A DNA stretch of 64,000 nt from the human T2T-CHM13v2.0 reference genome, Homo sapiens: the NCBI RefSeq assembly GCF_009914755.1, contig NC_060930.1, one strand, 5' to 3'. Within the stretch, counting starts at the first letter, position 1, and each line of letters opens with the position of its first letter. Below the pieces are notes generated by a model. That model saw nothing but the letters and a program-made list of their open reading frames with translations, was not told the origin of the DNA and did not search any database. The position numbers were made by a program, and so were the translations under genes. Below are positions 59,939 to 64,000 of the stretch, piece by piece.

Positions 59939-60513
59939 TGTATTAGTCAGAGTTCTCCAGAGAGACAGAAACAATATGATCTACACAAAGATTGATATAT
60001 GAGAGAGGATTTATTAGGGGAATTGGCTCACATAATTATGGAGGCTGAGAAGTCCCATGATAGGCCACTTGCAAGCTGGAGATCAAGGGAAGCCGACAGC
60101 GTAGCTCAGTCCAAGTCCAAAAGCATCACAACTGGGGAAGCCAGTGGTGTAACTCAGTTCAAGGCCAAAGACCTAAGAACCCCGGTGGGCGTTGCAGAGA
60201 GGCTGGTGCAAGTTTTGGAGCTCAGTGGCTGGAGAGCCTGTAATTCTGATGTCCAAGGGCAGGAGAAAAAGAGTGTTCCTGCTTCAGGAGAGAATGAATT
60301 CACCTTTCCTCTGCCTTTTTGTTCTATCTGGGTTACCAGGTGACTGGAAGGTGCCCACCCATATTGAAGGCAGATCTTCTCCCCTCGGTTCACCAACTCA
60401 CATACCAATCTCCTCCAGAAACACCCTCACAAACATACCTCAAAATAATACTTTACCAGTTGTCTAAGTATCTCTTAATCCAGTCAAGTTGATGCCTAAA
60501 ATTAACCATCACA
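59939..60513 (-). mobile_element. MLT2B-like (ERVL) solo LTR
   Basis: 'tgtattagtcagagttctccagagagacag...ggaattggctcac...ccagtcaagttgatgcctaaaattaaccatcaca'. Confidence 0.88.
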
Positions 60514-61128
60514 TCGACTTTACTCCCAGTTTCTGAATGTCTTTCCAGTTGGTGGTAAACTAGTACTCTCTCACGTATATCTGAGGGCAGGCAAAGCAAG
60601 CCACAGTAAAGAGAACAAGCTTTACTAAGAGCAACGCCTTACCAAAATATAAGCTTCTTGTGAGGAGAGAGATTTTTGTCAGCTGAGTTCATTGATATTT
60701 GTCAAGCCCCAAGAGCAGGGCTTCCACACTTCAGGCACTTGTTATATGTGGGTTGGTAAAGTAATGTCTATACCATTCACTTTAAGCCTCCAGTTCCTAT
60801 GGGTCTCTAGCATGTGCTCTAGAGACAATAGGAATGAACAAAATGGCTAGTGTTTGTCAATCCATTATGCAGAATCCTTCTTTGGATCCATTGCACTTAC
60901 ACTCACTTATCTACATATTTTGATGTATATTTTAGTTGAAAAACCTTAATGTTTTTTGTATTTTAGGTGGCATTACAAATAAGTAACCAAATAAAATCAT
61001 TTACTTTACTTTAAGACATGCTTAATTTATGATAATGATTCTAGGCTGTCTAGTGAAAGTCAAACATTGGATCTGAATTTCCAAAAAGAGTAGAATCAAT
61101 TATTTGAAAAATGTCAAGACTCTTTCCG

Positions 61129-61395
61129 TTTTTTGAGATGGGGTCTCGATCTATCATCCAAGGTAGATTGCAGTGTCTATTCACAGGCGTGATCATAGCT
61201 CACTGCAGCCTTGAGTCTTTGGGTTCAAGCTATCAGATTACAGGCGTGCACCTGGCTAATTTTTTGAAAAACGATTTTTTAGAGATAGGGTCTTGCTATA
61301 TTACCCAGGCCCATCTCACTACTGGTCTCAGGCAATCCTCCTACCTCAACTTCTCAAGTTGCTGGGATTATAGGCATGAGCCACCATGCTCAGCT
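61129..61395 (-). mobile_element. Old Alu dimer (AluJ-age) with a FAM/7SL-like right arm
   Basis: Two diverged arms; the right arm contains the reverse complement 'gatcacgcctgtgaatagacactg'. Confidence 0.8.
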
Positions 61396-62155
61396 CTTTC
61401 CACTTCTTCTCTGCCTTCTCTGTGTGTTTTCTATCTTATCTCTCCTTACATGAGCACTACTCCTTCCAATGTGTGGTTCACAGAAGTATTCAAGGTCAAG
61501 AACAGTTCTAGGATCTTTATCTTACAACATTAGCAATTTTATACCTTCTTCTTTTAGCCTCAGCTCATCAGGGCATTTAAATTTTCGAAGAGCCCTTTTC
61601 AAAAAGTTAAAAGCATAATTCTCATATAAATATAGAATAAATTAATGTCAAAATATATTAAACATCTTATGAGAAACCAAAAGGATAATAAGATTACTTT
61701 TAAAAATGTGAGAAAAAGAAAGTTTTTATTTTCACAGGAATATAGAATGCTGGAATAAAATTTATAAATCACAGGTGAAACTGGTTGGTGCTCTATTGGG
61801 CGATAAAAAATAATGAAAAGCTTTGGAGTAAAATCTTCAGCACGCTTGAATCTCGATTTGCATTGTTCTCACTAAGAATTCACTTGCATTGCTATCTGAC
61901 ATGAGGCATCTGTAGTACTATCAGTTTTATATGAATCAGTATCTATGCTTATGGAGTTGCAAAACACAGTCAATAGACAGTAGTAAATAAAATAAAATTT
62001 ATATAACCTCAGACAATCAGAGAACTCTGGGCTAGTCATGTGAGACACTAGTGTGATTGTGAAAAGGCATGCAGTCATCCTTTACCTATATCCATGATAT
62101 AAATATTTTTTAAATGCTATAAGGATATTTTAATTACTTATTATTTTAGGGACTG

Positions 62156-62278
62156 TTTTTTAGAGATGGGGTCTTGTTATATTGCCCAGGCTCATCTGGA
62201 ATTATTGGCCTCATGCACTCTTCCCACCTCAGCCTCCCAAGTTGCTGGGATTACAGTCATCAGCCACCATGCTCGGTT
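62156..62278 (-). mobile_element. FLAM (free left Alu monomer)
   Basis: 'ttttagagatggggtcttg...cccacctcagcctcccaagttgctgggattacag...ccaccatgctcgg'. Confidence 0.85.
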
Positions 62279-64000
62279 CTTTTAATTTATTGTGAAAATT
62301 TAAAAAGAAATGCATAGAAAATGCATAATACAGGTTTGGCACAAAATAAACTCACAATAATGTACTTATCATTAATACTGTATTTATTAACATTGTATTA
62401 CAAAAATACAGTCCCTAAACTTCTCTTTATCCAGAGAGATTTAACATACTACAGACAACATTAGAAGACCTATTAAACATTGCCAACATTTACCCATATC
62501 CAGCGTTCTTCTACTTCTGATTATGCTGAGGAGAAATTTCCCCTTCTGTTGAATTTAGGCATAACCAGCTCATGTATCTAATTCTAAAAGTTGCATGTGT
62601 CATTTTGGAACCACTCATTTATTTGCTAGCTATCAACACTCCAGCTTTCTCTGTTTTTCCTTGTCATTGCAAACTATGTTGCAGTATGTTGAAATGGAAG
62701 CCTCCCTCAGCAATAATCATGGATAAACAGAGCTCTCCTGTAGTATCAAAGAGAAAAAAATACAAACAAGCTTTTGTTTACACTATAGTTTTTGGATTGG
62801 TTTGTTACTGAAGCGTAGCCAAACTATTCTGATCAATACAATGACCTATGTCAGTATTTTTCAAAATGTCATTGAATACTAAATTATTCTTTAAATAAAA
62901 GGTCTTATGTTAAATGAATGTGCTAAAGTCCTACAAAATGTATAAGATTACAATGTATGTTATATTAAAAGTTCTAAAATCTTCTCTAACACAGAAGCAT
63001 GATTGGCTTTAACACAGAAATTTATAAGTTTATTTGAGAAAAAATCTATGGCAACATATTTATTGACATTCTGCAGAAGAGCAATGCAAAGATCACCAGT
63101 ATGGAAACTTTTACCTCAGAAAGGATGAGATACACCTAATTGAAAATAAGCAGAAAGGATGGTGTACAAAGAAATGCCATGAAATTAAAATATTCTATTA
63201 AAAACTATTTTTAATGTATTCTAAAATCTGGATATAAGATATTTGTTAAACTGTAACTGTAAAACAAATAATAGTAATAACAGAAAACACTTATCACTGA
63301 ATTGCTAATGAAATTATCATTGCGCTTAAATTTGAAGAAAAACAAACCAGTTATAATATTGTTATATCCAAATATATCATGAAGAAGAATTAAAAACAAT
63401 GATAGGTTTTTATTGTTTCTATGAAATTTAATTATTTATTGGTTTTGAAGTTGTCTTTACAACAAAAGTAATGAGTGAATTTTTATGGGATTCAAGTTTG
63501 AGGATATAAAAGAAGAAACGAAATATATTACATTATTAAAATGTTATTGCTGTGACAGTCATCTATTTTATTTTTTTCTTCTTTCCTTGTTTTTTCTCCC
63601 TTTCTTTGTTTTTAATTTCTTTCTCATTTTTATAATTCTGATTACATAGTAAAAGAAGTTTGCTACTATGATTTCACAGAAAATTATAATGACAGCTAGA
63701 GTTGTCAGTGATCCTGAAAAAGTAAGTGTAGTTCAATTGCAATGATTAGAAGCAGCTCTCTTACTTTGTAAATTTAGCTAAAATCAATGAGCAAATTTAC
63801 TGTTTTGTAATAATATGTTTTACTTAGACATCAATACTCTTAATATCAGTTTAATATTTTAAAAGATTCTCTACAATAATAAATAACTAAAAAATATTAT
63901 AAATATTCCATTAGGTTCTGTATCCTGGTATACTTACAAGTAGAAAAGAATTTATATTGCCATGTCATTTCATACGGATTATTCTAAAATGTACTTCAGA

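Overview
AT-rich, gene-poor primate genomic DNA, either human or great ape, since it contains an L1PA2-type element. I find no supportable host protein-coding gene. Nearly all ORFs in the track derive from transposable elements or low-complexity sequence. The window is a layered transposon record: old L2/MIR/MLT/L1M fragments; a complete MST (MaLR) LTR-internal-LTR element carrying a nested MADE1; a full-length ~7.7 kb L1MA-type element with recognisable TSDs (36128-43855); two 5'-inverted (twin-primed) L1s; and a near-full-length L1PA2-type element (52928-58766, 19-bp TSD). The L1PA2 is the most notable feature. Its ORF2 is an uninterrupted 1275-aa frame with intact endonuclease, PIP and CCHC motifs, but the RT catalytic FADD motif reads FAED (D702E). 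ORF1 carries three nonsense codons, the first ~200 nt of the sense promoter are missing, and an antisense ORF0 (82 aa) is open. A neighbouring older L1 independently carries the same D702E change. A second notable observation is a templated insertion at 2352-2633 copied from 3 kb downstream. I do not see evidence for a wholly new biological system. Subfamily calls are from remembered consensus features, not from a database search.
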